A stretch of DNA of 64,000 bases, taken from NCBI GenBank assembly GCA_965116325.1, contig OZ220675.1, positions 449,138 to 513,137 of the forward strand. The letters run 5' to 3'. Below are positions 8,777 through 17,743 of this stretch, piece after piece. Origin of the DNA: Dehalococcoidia bacterium. GTDB lineage: Bacteria > Chloroflexota > Dehalococcoidia > Lucifugimonadales > JAGWBF01. How positions within the stretch are numbered: the stretch's first letter is position 1; every line of letters starts with the position of its first letter. A program made the translations under genes and the position numbers. A model generated the notes under the pieces. It saw only the letters and a list, made by a program, of their open reading frames with translations. It searched no databases and was not told where the DNA came from.

Positions 8777-10651
8777 TTATTCGCAGGGTTCCAGCCCCAA
8801 GCTGTTGAGGTCGTGGTCGTCCACATAGTACAAGAATCGTGGGATGCACCCTGTGAAGGTGTTGCCCGACAGCTTCAGGCTGGTCAGGGTTTCCACCTTA
8901 GCAAAGGGGGCTGGGAAAGCCCCAGCCAAGCCCACATCGGTGAGGTCCACGCCTGTCACCCGCAGGACACCATCCACAACATCTATGGAGACTCCCCTCT
9001 GCCGATCCATGCCTGAGCCGGGGTTCCACCTTGTCTGACCCACATTGCTCAAGGGAAGGACACCGTCGATGAGCGCTTCGCAGTCTATGAGCAGGTTATC
9101 ATCAACGGGATCGGCATAGATGTACACATTTACCGCATCATCGCAGAAGCCCTCGGCGGCAGCGTTGTCTGACCTTGTGCGCTCGGCAGGGTCGTCCGGG
9201 GCTACCGTGATCCTCAGCATCAGTTCATCACCAGAGGACCAGGGCTTGCTACCGACGTCCCAGGTCAGGGTGCCCTCGGAGCTGTCGCCGGTGGCTGCAT
9301 CGCCTGTGAGAGACACAGATGCCGTCCCATCCCCTGTGATCACCTCCAAGGTGTAACTATCGAGGGCGTGGTACGGGTCAAGGGACAGGGTGACGTTGCT
9401 GGCATCACCCGTGAGGGCGGTGATCGAGGTGGACACGTTGCCCACAACCACCGTGAAGTCGGTGGCACCGAGGTCGCCCGTGCTCACATCGCCCGAGCTG
9501 ATGTACCCGTCGCCGCTCCCGATTGTCTGAGGGTCAAAGAGGGCCTCAAGCACCGTCCAGGCAGGCGCTTCCTCCACCTCCACCTCCCAGTTGAGGCCGA
9601 CCAACGGAGAATCCCTGTAATCGCAGGCAAGGAAGAAGTGGGACTGGATGTAGCTCTTGAACTTGTAGGTCCCGGCCGGCAGAGGGCGGGTGTTCTCAAA
9701 GGAGAAGGTGTAGCCGTTGCTTGGGTCGGAGTCGGCATCCACCAGCCGGACCCTGAACAAGCCTGCATCTGCCCCTGTCAGCGCCCGTTTCTCATAGACT
9801 GTGTGATTCTCCCCGCCCCCATACTGGTCTACGGCTGTTCCTGCGGGTGCCGAGGAAGGCAGGGATGCGGTAATCGTATCCGGCTCCCAGGGCGTTCCAT
9901 AATAGACAGCTACGTCCCTGCCGGCCCGTTCTGTCCTGAGCGCCTGCTCCACGCAAGACTCATAGGCTGCATCCCCGTCCCCTCCCCCAATCCAAGCTAT
10001 GAGACTCTTAAGGTCGGACAGGCTGATGGTAGGGTTCCTCTCACCATAAGGGGATTGGGTTTCTATGATGAATGAGGGGTCGCTTTCTTGGGCCGACCCG
10101 CCGGCGGCCCCCCCAGCCCCGCCTGTGGCGGTTGAGGGCATCCAGACCGGATTGCGGGTCTCGATGGAGTTTCCTTCGGGAAGCGCCCCTTGGTAATCGT
10201 ACCTGCCGTCTCCCAAAGAAGTGGTGTCGGCAAAGGCGTAGCGGGGAGGTCCACCGGTGCTGCTACCGCCAACCCCCGAGTCGTCGCCTGCCGGGGCCTC
10301 CGTGACAGGGCCATCAAGGAACAGCAACGCTTCCCTGCTGTCCCACCTTGTGGTGCGCCCTGATTCGGGAGCCTCCAGGGTGAAGCGGGTCGGGCCTGTA
10401 CCCTTCAGGTACTCAACAGCATCGAAGGTCAGAGTCCCGTTCCCGGTGGACGCCAAGTTCGCCCGCACCACAATGGCGGCGGCGTGGATGCGCTCCTCCA
10501 GCGATGCGGTGGAAGCCCCGTCGTAGGAAGTGTCAATGTACATCGTGAAGCTGCCCGGCGACTGCAGATCCTCATCGGAATCCGACCCACAGCCTGCCGT
10601 TATGAGCAGCGCCAGAAGCAGAAGCATGGACCCTAGAACGTATCGCATCAC
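8777..10651 (-). CDS. secreted lipoprotein of unknown function with C-terminal LRR-cap-like motif
   Basis: Signal peptide plus lipobox LITAGC. The C-terminus LKLSGNTFTGCIPRFLYYVDDHDLNSLGLEPCE matches the C-cap of the LRR paralogs at 29.8-39.5 kb. Confidence 0.6.
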   Translation of the reverse strand: MMRYVLGSMLLLLALLITAGCGSDSDEDLQSPGSFTMYIDTSYDGASTASLEERIHAAAIVVRANLASTGNGTLTFDAVEYLKGTGPTRFTLEAPESGRTTRWDSREALLFLDGPVTEAPAGDDSGVGGSSTGGPPRYAFADTTSLGDGRYDYQGALPEGNSIETRNPVWMPSTATGGAGGAAGGSAQESDPSFIIETQSPYGERNPTISLSDLKSLIAWIGGGDGDAAYESCVEQALRTERAGRDVAVYYGTPWEPDTITASLPSSAPAGTAVDQYGGGENHTVYEKRALTGADAGLFRVRLVDADSDPSNGYTFSFENTRPLPAGTYKFKSYIQSHFFLACDYRDSPLVGLNWEVEVEEAPAWTVLEALFDPQTIGSGDGYISSGDVSTGDLGATDFTVVVGNVSTSITALTGDASNVTLSLDPYHALDSYTLEVITGDGTASVSLTGDAATGDSSEGTLTWDVGSKPWSSGDELMLRITVAPDDPAERTRSDNAAAEGFCDDAVNVYIYADPVDDNLLIDCEALIDGVLPLSNVGQTRWNPGSGMDRQRGVSIDVVDGVLRVTGVDLTDVGLAGAFPAPFAKVETLTSLKLSGNTFTGCIPRFLYYVDDHDLNSLGLEPCE

Positions 10652-10660
10652 ATCCTCCTA

Positions 10661-12376
10661 TTAGTGGTGTATTGCTGCCACTGCCCGTAGGCCGAATATA
10701 TCCTCCCTGGCGGGAAAGGCGCTGGTGTAGCCCTCGAAGTTATTGTAGCCCCCCTCCATCACACCCATCCCCAAGGGAATATGCCCGACACCTGCGGAGT
10801 GTAGGAGCTCGTGCACCAAGACCATCGGGAGATAGTATTGGGTCAGGGGGTCCTCCCGGGCCTCATTCCTGGAGCTGGTCCATTCGGTGACATCTCCAAA
10901 GTAGCCTCGCGGAGGGAACTGGATGTGCACATCCAGTAAATTGAAGTGGGGGAAGCGTGCAAGTCCTATCTTGGTGCAACCCACAGGCCTTTTGCCGTTC
11001 TCAGTCCCCCGGCAGGGCGGAAGCTTCTTATCCCCCCGGTACCCTCGCACCACCACATTCCAACCCACATCATCGGCGAAGGTGAAGCCCGTCCCTCCCG
11101 TTGTAGCATCAAGGGCCGTCTGCGCAATTCTCAGGGACTCGGCGGCTGTCGTCAGGTCCGGGATTTCAATGATCTCCCAATCGCGAGTCCAGTCTGCATG
11201 ATAGGTCACGGCGCGGTTCTTGTGATGCCAGTTCACAGGAATAACCCCGTTCACATCGAACTCGTACGTCTTGCCTGTTCTCTTGTGCTGGGCCTCAACG
11301 ACCATGCTGCCACCGGGGTACGAACCCAAAGCGCACCTGGCCAGGGTCATGCCTGTGACCTTCTTGGTCAGCCAGTCCGTCTCCGAAGAGAACCCATCAG
11401 CACACCCTTGGCCTTTCTCGATGAGGTACATTCCAGTGTTCCAAGGGTTGGTGTTCAGCTTGAACTTGAAGTCCGTGAACCTGTGGCTGAACCGGTCCTC
11501 CCTCTCATTGAGAAGGTCAAGGGTCAGAGTGGCGGGACTCTGCTCCAGCATCATCCAGCGACGGGCGCTCATATCCACAGTCCAGGAACTGTTGATGTCC
11601 AGCACCGTAATCGCTGCCTCGAAACGCGGAGGCGCTACCAGGAGAGGCACCGGAGTGTTCGCAGGTCTGCGAGTGTTCGTGGGCCTGGGAGTGTCCGTTG
11701 GGTCAGGGTCCCCATCATCGGGAGTAGCGGTCGGCCCAGGTGTGTCGGTCGGCACCGGCGTTTTCGTGGGCCTGGGCGTCGGAGTCAGTACGCAAGCGAC
11801 GCACGGCGTCGGGGGCTTAGCGGTCGGCGTCGGAGGCTCAGCGGTCGGCGTGGGCTGACACTCGCTTGTGCCAGGGCATGGGTCTTGAGTCGGCTCCGGT
11901 GTGGGTGAGGGAGTCGGTTGGCATGTCGGTGCAGTGTCCGAGGACCCGCAGGGCTCCAATGTCGGCTTCTTCTTGAACTTCACCGTTACCGAATCCGAGT
12001 TGCTGTTGTCGCAAAACTCTCCGCCACGCTCGGCAGTGACCGTGATGGTGGCTGTGTAGGTCCCTTCCGAGGTGACAGTTCTGCTCTTGCTGGTGTTCCC
12101 ATCATTCCATTCGAAGCTGTGATGCAGGAAGTGACCGCCCGGCATCGTGACCGTGGAGTGGGTGGCGCTGATCCTGGCGCTGCTCGTGGTCACATTGGAT
12201 ACCGATGCTGAGATAGTCGGCCTGGGCGGTGTTTCGCACGCCCATTTCTCCCACTCCCCGTCCCCTTCCGCCGTCACAGGCGGGGGATACAAGTCGGGTG
12301 TGGCAAGGCCGATGATAAGAAAGACCACCAGCCCTAAAAGCAAACAGGGCACACAGTCCATCCATGAAGCAGGCAC
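10661..12376 (-). CDS. membrane-anchored metzincin-like zinc metalloprotease with PKD-like domain and Pro/Thr-rich linker
   Basis: N-terminal TM helix, a long PT-rich linker, and a C-terminal HELLHSAGVGH (HExxHxxGxxH) followed by GMGVMEG, a possible Met-turn. It lies 10 nt upstream of the 8777..10651 gene. Confidence 0.6.
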   Translation of the reverse strand: MPASWMDCVPCLLLGLVVFLIIGLATPDLYPPPVTAEGDGEWEKWACETPPRPTISASVSNVTTSSARISATHSTVTMPGGHFLHHSFEWNDGNTSKSRTVTSEGTYTATITVTAERGGEFCDNSNSDSVTVKFKKKPTLEPCGSSDTAPTCQPTPSPTPEPTQDPCPGTSECQPTPTAEPPTPTAKPPTPCVACVLTPTPRPTKTPVPTDTPGPTATPDDGDPDPTDTPRPTNTRRPANTPVPLLVAPPRFEAAITVLDINSSWTVDMSARRWMMLEQSPATLTLDLLNEREDRFSHRFTDFKFKLNTNPWNTGMYLIEKGQGCADGFSSETDWLTKKVTGMTLARCALGSYPGGSMVVEAQHKRTGKTYEFDVNGVIPVNWHHKNRAVTYHADWTRDWEIIEIPDLTTAAESLRIAQTALDATTGGTGFTFADDVGWNVVVRGYRGDKKLPPCRGTENGKRPVGCTKIGLARFPHFNLLDVHIQFPPRGYFGDVTEWTSSRNEAREDPLTQYYLPMVLVHELLHSAGVGHIPLGMGVMEGGYNNFEGYTSAFPAREDIFGLRAVAAIHH

Positions 12377-12434
12377 AATTCCCTCCCGTCTAGGCCCCGG
12401 AGAGGCCTTGAGTAGCTAGGCGACGGGAGATTAT

Positions 12435-12472
12435 CACAGAAAACTTTCGGGAACTATATACTTGACGATCCT
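12435..12472. repeat. left terminal inverted repeat of the IS1595-like element
   Basis: CACAGAAAACTTTCGGGAACTATATACTTGACGATCCT. The outer 8 nt and inner 24 nt are identical to the reverse complement of 14725-14760. Confidence 0.8.
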
Positions 12473-12932
12473 AAATCGTTCCCCTAGATACGAACCTCTG
12501 AAACTCGCCCTGGTCAAAGACGTGTAGCAACAGGTTCTTTCCGGCCTGTCCCTTCAGCCACATTTCCGCCCCTTTGGAGTAGCCCCCGCCGTCCAGCACA
12601 ACGATAGTCTGGTACCCGCCTTGCTGGATGTTCAGAACCTCGAAGGGGTACTTCTCATGCACGGTCCCGCCCGATGCTTGCCACTTGCACTGAATGACCA
12701 GGGCCTTCTCCCACTTCCGGGGATGGTAGAGGATGAAATCAACGCGACGTTCTCCGCCGTAGATGTTCCGCCCAACGATGCACTGGCGAGCATAGACGGG
12801 CTGACTGAGCTCTCGCATGGCAAAGAACAAGCTAGAGGGCCATATCGGTTCATAGCCGGCTTGCTGGAGAAGGTCTTCAACGAACCGCTCCAGCTTGTTG
12901 CCCGTCCTGTTGGCCGATACCTGCCTAGCCAT
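12471..12932 (-). CDS. putative type II restriction endonuclease (PD-(D/E)XK-like)
   Basis: 153 aa. A candidate catalytic core is ERRVDFILY...ALVIQCKWQ (D...QxK variant). The start overlaps the methylase stop by 8 nt, and the stop lies inside the left IR. Confidence 0.45.
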   Translation of the reverse strand: MARQVSANRTGNKLERFVEDLLQQAGYEPIWPSSLFFAMRELSQPVYARQCIVGRNIYGGERRVDFILYHPRKWEKALVIQCKWQASGGTVHEKYPFEVLNIQQGGYQTIVVLDGGGYSKGAEMWLKGQAGKNLLLHVFDQGEFQRFVSRGTI

Positions 12933-13770
12933 AGGTCGTAATCAGCAGTTCGCTTGCTGTCCCGCGCCCGTTGGTCTTGCAGTTGATATTCCTGGGTGCA
13001 GCAACATCGTGGATGATGAAGGGTGGGTTTCCGTACAGGCTGCGCATAAGCTCTGTGTCGGCGTTTGAAACCATCACCGAGGCGCCCAGCTTGTGCCACT
13101 TCAAGACAGCGTTCCTGAGTCGCCTCTGCTCATCCTCGCCGAAGCCGTCCTTCCCATAGCCTGCGAAAGTCCCATCGTAGGGGGGATCGCAGTAGATGAA
13201 GTCCCCACCACCAGGCTCTAGCTTCTCGAAGTCTCCGAAGGTGACGGTCGCCTTGGATAGCACCTTCCCTGCTTGGCGGATGTTCTCGGCGTCGCAGATG
13301 ACGGGATTCACATACCTGCCGATGGGAACGTTGAAGGCCCCGCTCTTGTTCACCCGGTACAGGCCGTTGTAGCAGGTCTTGTTCAGGTAGATAAACCTGG
13401 CTGCCACATCTACCGCAGCCTCTAGCCCAGTCTGTTTGCGCATCTGGTAGTAGTACGCCTTCTGGTGCTTCTGCTGGTGGTGCTCCAGGGAGGCGATCAG
13501 ATCCTCGGCTCGGTTGCGGACCATCTGGTAGGTCAAGGCAAGCTCGGCGTTCACATCGGACAACCGGGCCGATGTGATACGGCTGTCCAGGGCAAAGAAC
13601 ACAGCCCCTCCACCAAGGAAGGGCTCCCAATATGTCCCTAGGTCGTCGGGCAGGCGCTGGGCGATCTCTGGAATCAGTGTCCGTTTCCCCCCCGCCCACT
13701 TCAGGAACGGCTTGGCCCTGGCCCTAGCCAAGTACGGCTTCTCCGTGTGCTCCAGGAACCTATCGAACAT
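12925..13770 (-). CDS. DNA N6-adenine methyltransferase, Dam family
   Basis: FLKWAGGKR, FLGGGAVFF (FxGxG) and the catalytic DPPY (IYCDPPYDG). Confidence 0.9.
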   Translation of the reverse strand: MFDRFLEHTEKPYLARARAKPFLKWAGGKRTLIPEIAQRLPDDLGTYWEPFLGGGAVFFALDSRITSARLSDVNAELALTYQMVRNRAEDLIASLEHHQQKHQKAYYYQMRKQTGLEAAVDVAARFIYLNKTCYNGLYRVNKSGAFNVPIGRYVNPVICDAENIRQAGKVLSKATVTFGDFEKLEPGGGDFIYCDPPYDGTFAGYGKDGFGEDEQRRLRNAVLKWHKLGASVMVSNADTELMRSLYGNPPFIIHDVAAPRNINCKTNGRGTASELLITTYG

Positions 13771-14716
13771 TGGCGATCAGCTCCTTGTAGGGTAGGTGTG
13801 CGGCAGGGAGCATCCCGCTTGTCAGAAGGGCTGTCGATTCACCGCCTCGGGCAACGTTCTGACGGAAGGAGCAGGCATCCAGGTACTTCTGCGTGTGCTT
13901 GCGACTCCACCAGTGGTGCGTTCCTACAAAGGTTCGCTTCACCAGGGACCAGAAGCTTTCAACGCTGTTGGTGGTGATGCCGTCCCTGCTGTACTCGCCT
14001 TGGGAGTGATTGATGCGGGAGAGCTTGTAGAAGCCTTCCAGGGCATTGTAGCTGTGGCTTTCGTCAGCGTTCAGATGAGAGCCGAGGGCGACGTTGCGGA
14101 TGACATGGCCGGTTACGTGCTCGGCTGTCGGGCTGGGAACCTTGTACGCTTTGACCGCCCCGCCCCTTTGCTTCATACCGAAGGCCACGGCCTTGGTCTT
14201 GGAGGAACCGAGGCCCTGCGTGCCAGAGGTCCGCTTGCTAGCGTGCTTGTTCTTCTCTTTCCCGCCGATGTAGGTGTCGTCTATTTCCACGTCGCCATCC
14301 AGCATGATGTCCACTCCCATCAAGGCTGCGGCGTTCTGGATGCGCTGGATCATGTACCAAGCCGTCTTTTGGGTAACCTTGATGTCGTGGGCTAGCTGGA
14401 CGCTGGAAATGCCCTTGCTGTGCTCCGTCACCAAGTAGACCGCTGCAAACCACTTGGGCAGCATCTTGATTGGGCTGTCGGAGAAGATGGTGCCGGTGAT
14501 GATGCGGAACACCCGCTTGCAGTCCGAGCACTTGTGCCGTATGCCGTCTGTGTAGTGCTGTATCTTCCCGCAGCTACCGCAGTGGGGGCAGAAGGCCCCG
14601 TTAGCCCAGCGCACAGCCTCAAGCTGTTGAAGGCAGGCTTCGGGGGTGCTGTACTTCCTGGTAAACTCTAGTAGGCTCACTGCTACACTCCGTTCTTGAT
14701 ATTGGGAGTATAGCAC
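13760..14716 (-). CDS. IS1595-family transposase
   Basis: N-terminal zinc ribbon CPHCGS...KCSDCKRVF, followed by an ISXO2-like DDE domain (VEIDDTYIGGKEKNKH). The stop overlaps the methylase start by 11 nt. Confidence 0.85.
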   Translation of the reverse strand: MLYSQYQERSVAVSLLEFTRKYSTPEACLQQLEAVRWANGAFCPHCGSCGKIQHYTDGIRHKCSDCKRVFRIITGTIFSDSPIKMLPKWFAAVYLVTEHSKGISSVQLAHDIKVTQKTAWYMIQRIQNAAALMGVDIMLDGDVEIDDTYIGGKEKNKHASKRTSGTQGLGSSKTKAVAFGMKQRGGAVKAYKVPSPTAEHVTGHVIRNVALGSHLNADESHSYNALEGFYKLSRINHSQGEYSRDGITTNSVESFWSLVKRTFVGTHHWWSRKHTQKYLDACSFRQNVARGGESTALLTSGMLPAAHLPYKELIANVR

Positions 14717-14724
14717 ACATTTTA

Positions 14725-14760
14725 AGGATCGTCAAGTATATAGTTCCCAAACTTTCTGTG
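14725..14760. repeat. right terminal inverted repeat of the IS1595-like element
   Basis: The reverse complement reads CACAGAAAGTTTGGGAACTATATACTTGACGATCCT. It lies 9 nt upstream of the transposase start. Confidence 0.8.
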
Positions 14761-14872
14761 GCCAGAGCTTGCCCAAAATCCACCGCCCGGATGCCGGCGC
14801 AGGCAATTGGGCGCTGGAGGATGGGTGTGCTATAGTCGGTGAGCACCGTCCACCCTACCAAGGAGGCCCCCT

Positions 14873-15412
14873 ATGCGCATACTGCTGGCGGTCCTGTTGC
14901 TGACCACCCTGGCCCTCACAGCCTGCGGAGGAGAACCGGAACACCCCGAACTCAAGGAGTCCAGACAGATAGCAGAGAAGTGGCTCAAGGACTTTCCAGA
15001 CCTGAACCTGCACACCGGCGTCTACAGCAACCCCTTAAACCGGCTTGAATACGATGAGCACCCAGCCCTTCCCGATGTGATCTACGAGTCCGCCGCTGTG
15101 CGGGAGTTCCGAAGCCAACTCCCTGCCGAGCGCAGGACTGCCCTTGAGGAGCAGATCTATACGTTCCTGTGGAAAGAGCTGTTCCGCCATGTGTCCATCA
15201 AGATCACCAATGTGGAGCTCAGCTATGGCGGAGGCGACGGTCTGGTCACCGCCACGGTCGCCGGCGACATGACCATTGACCTGGAAGAGCACCCGCCCCT
15301 CCGGCTGGATGTATCCGTACCTGTCATGATGCTTGTGAGCACGTTCATTGATCTGGTCCTGAACTGGGCCTACGACGACGACAATATCGTGGTGGCCATC
15401 AACGACCAGTAG
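14873..15412 (+). CDS. lipoprotein, unknown function
   Basis: Signal peptide with lipobox LTAC-GG. A GGAGG lies 7 nt upstream of the ATG, and a hairpin terminator follows the gene. Confidence 0.6.
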   Translation: MRILLAVLLLTTLALTACGGEPEHPELKESRQIAEKWLKDFPDLNLHTGVYSNPLNRLEYDEHPALPDVIYESAAVREFRSQLPAERRTALEEQIYTFLWKELFRHVSIKITNVELSYGGGDGLVTATVAGDMTIDLEEHPPLRLDVSVPVMMLVSTFIDLVLNWAYDDDNIVVAINDQ

Positions 15413-15441
15413 CTTCTAAGCTGTCCACTGAGCAAAAGAGA

Positions 15442-15471
15442 AGGGGCAGGGTTTTCACCCTGCCCCTCTTT
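15442..15471 (+). terminator. intrinsic terminator-like hairpin
   Basis: aggggcagggt-tttc-accctgcccct followed by cttt. It sits 30 nt after the stop codon. Confidence 0.6.
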
Positions 15472-15516
15472 GACGGCCCTTCCCTTTCGGGAGCGTCGTA
15501 TCCTTTGTCGGGCTCA

Positions 15517-15559
15517 CGAGGCCGCAACTCTTTACGTAGCCGAGGCCGCAACTCTTTAC
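15517..15559. repeat. two tandem copies of a 19-bp motif upstream of the transposase gene
   Basis: cgaggccgcaactctttac appears twice with a 24-bp period. A 10-bp-stem hairpin (aacatggaac...gttccatgtt) follows at 15599-15625. Confidence 0.7.
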
Positions 15560-15655
15560 ATAACCCGCCCGACCTTTTAGACTGGGGCCGACGGCGAAAA
15601 CATGGAACGTGTCAGGTTCCATGTTCTCTAGCCACCAAGGAGATAGACCCTCCCG

Positions 15656-16876
15656 ATGGCTTGGTACAAATCTACCACAGGTCTGCTACCCCTTCAATCC
15701 GACAGGGTCAACACCCTCCGCGCGATCTTCGCGTCCCTCGATGATGAAGCTCTTGTCACCCACCTGAAGCAGCATCGCCACATGGGACGGCACGGCTACC
15801 CGGTACGGGCGATGTTCCGGGCATACCTCGCCAGCTTCGTTCTCAACCTCCGTCACACCAACGACCTGATTCGAAGGCTTCAGGACGACAGAAACCTGCG
15901 CCGGATCTGCGGGCTGGGGAATACCCTTCCCCACCGCACCACCTTCAACCGGTTCATCCGCACCTTGGGCCGTCACGCCGACTTGGTGGAAGAGGTCCTG
16001 AACAGCATCACCGGCGAGCTCCGCGAACTCATCCCCGACCTGGGGGCTGAGGTGGCGGTGGATTCGACCGCAGTGCGCACCCATGCCAACCCACATCCAC
16101 GAAGGCGCGGGCTTTTCGACCCGGAAGCATCCTGGACAGCCAAGAACAGCGCCCACGCCCCCGAAGGAAAGGAATGGCACTACGGCTACAAACTGCACCT
16201 GCTGGCGGACACCGTGCACGGGATTCCCCTGGCACAGATCGTGACCACCGCCAAGCGAAACGACTCTCCCTACCTGCCCAGGCTTGCCGACAAAGCCCGG
16301 GCACAGCTCCCATGGCTGGACATGAAGGCGCTCATGGCCGACAGAGGCTACGATGCTTTCTCGAACCATCAGTACCTTGTGGACAAAGCCATCTTGCCGG
16401 TGATCCTGATGAAGAGAGCCCCAAACACAAAGAACGGCCTTATAGGGGGCATCTACACCGCCGAGGGTGTCCCAACGTGCGTGGGACAGGTTCCGATGCA
16501 GTTCATACGCACAGACCCGGAGAAGGGCCACCTCTACCGGTGCCGGGGTTGCCATCTGGCGGACTCCACCAAGGGCATGACAACCCACTGCCAGGACGAG
16601 GTGTGGGAGGAGCCCTCGACGAACATCAAGGTTGTGGGTGTTCTCAGCAGGGCAAGCCCGGAATGGAAGGCCCTGTACGCCAAGCGCTGGTGTATCGAGA
16701 GGGTGTTCAAGAGCATGAAACAGGGTCGAAGGCTGGAGGCCCACTGCGTGAAGGGGCTAGCCCACATCACCCTGCACTCCCTGATGTCCACCCTGGCCTA
16801 CTCAGCAACAGCTCTGGTGAAGGCCCGGGCCGGGTCCCGCAGGACTATGCGCTGGATGGTGGAGAAGGTGGCTTAG
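15656..16876 (+). CDS. DDE transposase, IS4/IS5/IS1182-type (DUF772-like N-terminus plus DDE_Tnp_1)
   Basis: Candidate DDE residues lie in VAVDSTAV, LMADRGYD and YAKRWCIERVFKSMK (a Y-x2-R-x3-E-x6-K signature). Element ends were not identified. Confidence 0.8.
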   Translation: MAWYKSTTGLLPLQSDRVNTLRAIFASLDDEALVTHLKQHRHMGRHGYPVRAMFRAYLASFVLNLRHTNDLIRRLQDDRNLRRICGLGNTLPHRTTFNRFIRTLGRHADLVEEVLNSITGELRELIPDLGAEVAVDSTAVRTHANPHPRRRGLFDPEASWTAKNSAHAPEGKEWHYGYKLHLLADTVHGIPLAQIVTTAKRNDSPYLPRLADKARAQLPWLDMKALMADRGYDAFSNHQYLVDKAILPVILMKRAPNTKNGLIGGIYTAEGVPTCVGQVPMQFIRTDPEKGHLYRCRGCHLADSTKGMTTHCQDEVWEEPSTNIKVVGVLSRASPEWKALYAKRWCIERVFKSMKQGRRLEAHCVKGLAHITLHSLMSTLAYSATALVKARAGSRRTMRWMVEKVA

Positions 16877-17056
16877 TCCGTCGATATGGTGGCTATGGAG
16901 TGTGGTCATCCATGGGCTTGGGGGCTTGTGGTACCGCTGGCACCTTGCGATTCAGATATTTCTTGGGTATGCGCTTACACGGCCCAAGGGTCGGTCCGTT
17001 TTTCTTGTTCTTTTGCCTGATCTTCCAAACCATAAGGCCCTCCTGTTGCATCGGTG

Positions 17057-17458
17057 TTAACTACCCCTAGAAACAACGATCGGCACGCTGTATTTCTCGT
17101 CGCCGTTTATAAGGATCGCTAGGGCGTAATCACCGGGGGTGGGAAACCACAACTCCTCTAGCGGTATGGCGAAGGTCTCTGTCCACCGCAGCCGACCTCG
17201 CATATCGGCCGGCACCTCGATTTCATATTCGGCTGAGTGTATTCTTTGCCCGTCGGGACTTATCAGAACGATAGACATATCTTTGGTGGCCCCGAACTCG
17301 GCAGGGCCACAAGACAGACCGAAAACCATTGAGCTAGGCTCCATTGCCGACGGAAATGTCTCGAAAGTGATGCTCTGAAACACTCCAGCAATAGTCAAAC
17401 GTCCTGTCGTTGCGGGGTAATAGGACTTCTCTGCTATCAGCGCAAAGCGTATTTCCAT
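17057..17458 (-). CDS. hypothetical protein
   Basis: The start is moved to MEIRF (ATG 17458), which has GGAGG 7 nt upstream. I recognise no motif. Confidence 0.5.
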   Translation of the reverse strand: MEIRFALIAEKSYYPATTGRLTIAGVFQSITFETFPSAMEPSSMVFGLSCGPAEFGATKDMSIVLISPDGQRIHSAEYEIEVPADMRGRLRWTETFAIPLEELWFPTPGDYALAILINGDEKYSVPIVVSRGS

Positions 17459-17707
17459 CCATGCACCTCCCAATTGTACACCCTAGCACAGCGTCAAGGC
17501 AGTCGCCAGAGCTTTCACGCCCTGTTTATAGCTACCTTTTCGGCAGCAATTCCACTGAGAAGCCGTCCACGCTGAATAGCGTGACCTTGCGTCCTTTGCG
17601 CTTCGGCCCATGGAGCCTGGGCCGTCGTACCAGCACCAAAGGACGCTTGGGATGTTTGTTCGCCATCCCTTTCCCCTTTCCCCAGGGGAACCCGCCGACC
17701 CGATCTG

Positions 17708-17737
17708 TTGACAGAGCTTCTCTAGGGTCGGTATAAT
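17708..17737 (+). promoter_or_regulatory. near-consensus sigma70-type promoter
   Basis: TTGACA (17708-17713), an 18-nt spacer, then TATAAT (17732-17737). Confidence 0.6.
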
Positions 17738-17743
17738 AGCGTC

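Larger units (their letters stand above)
12435..14760 (-). mobile_element. IS1595-family element carrying a methylase/nuclease pair as passengers
   Basis: Imperfect terminal inverted repeats (12435-12472 and 14725-14760) enclose exactly three overlapping minus-strand genes: transposase, Dam-family methylase and a small nuclease. No target-site duplication is seen. Confidence 0.7.

Noticed and set aside
15686-16744. 352-aa minus-strand ORF
   Set aside because: It is antisense to the DDE transposase gene and has no recognisable features.
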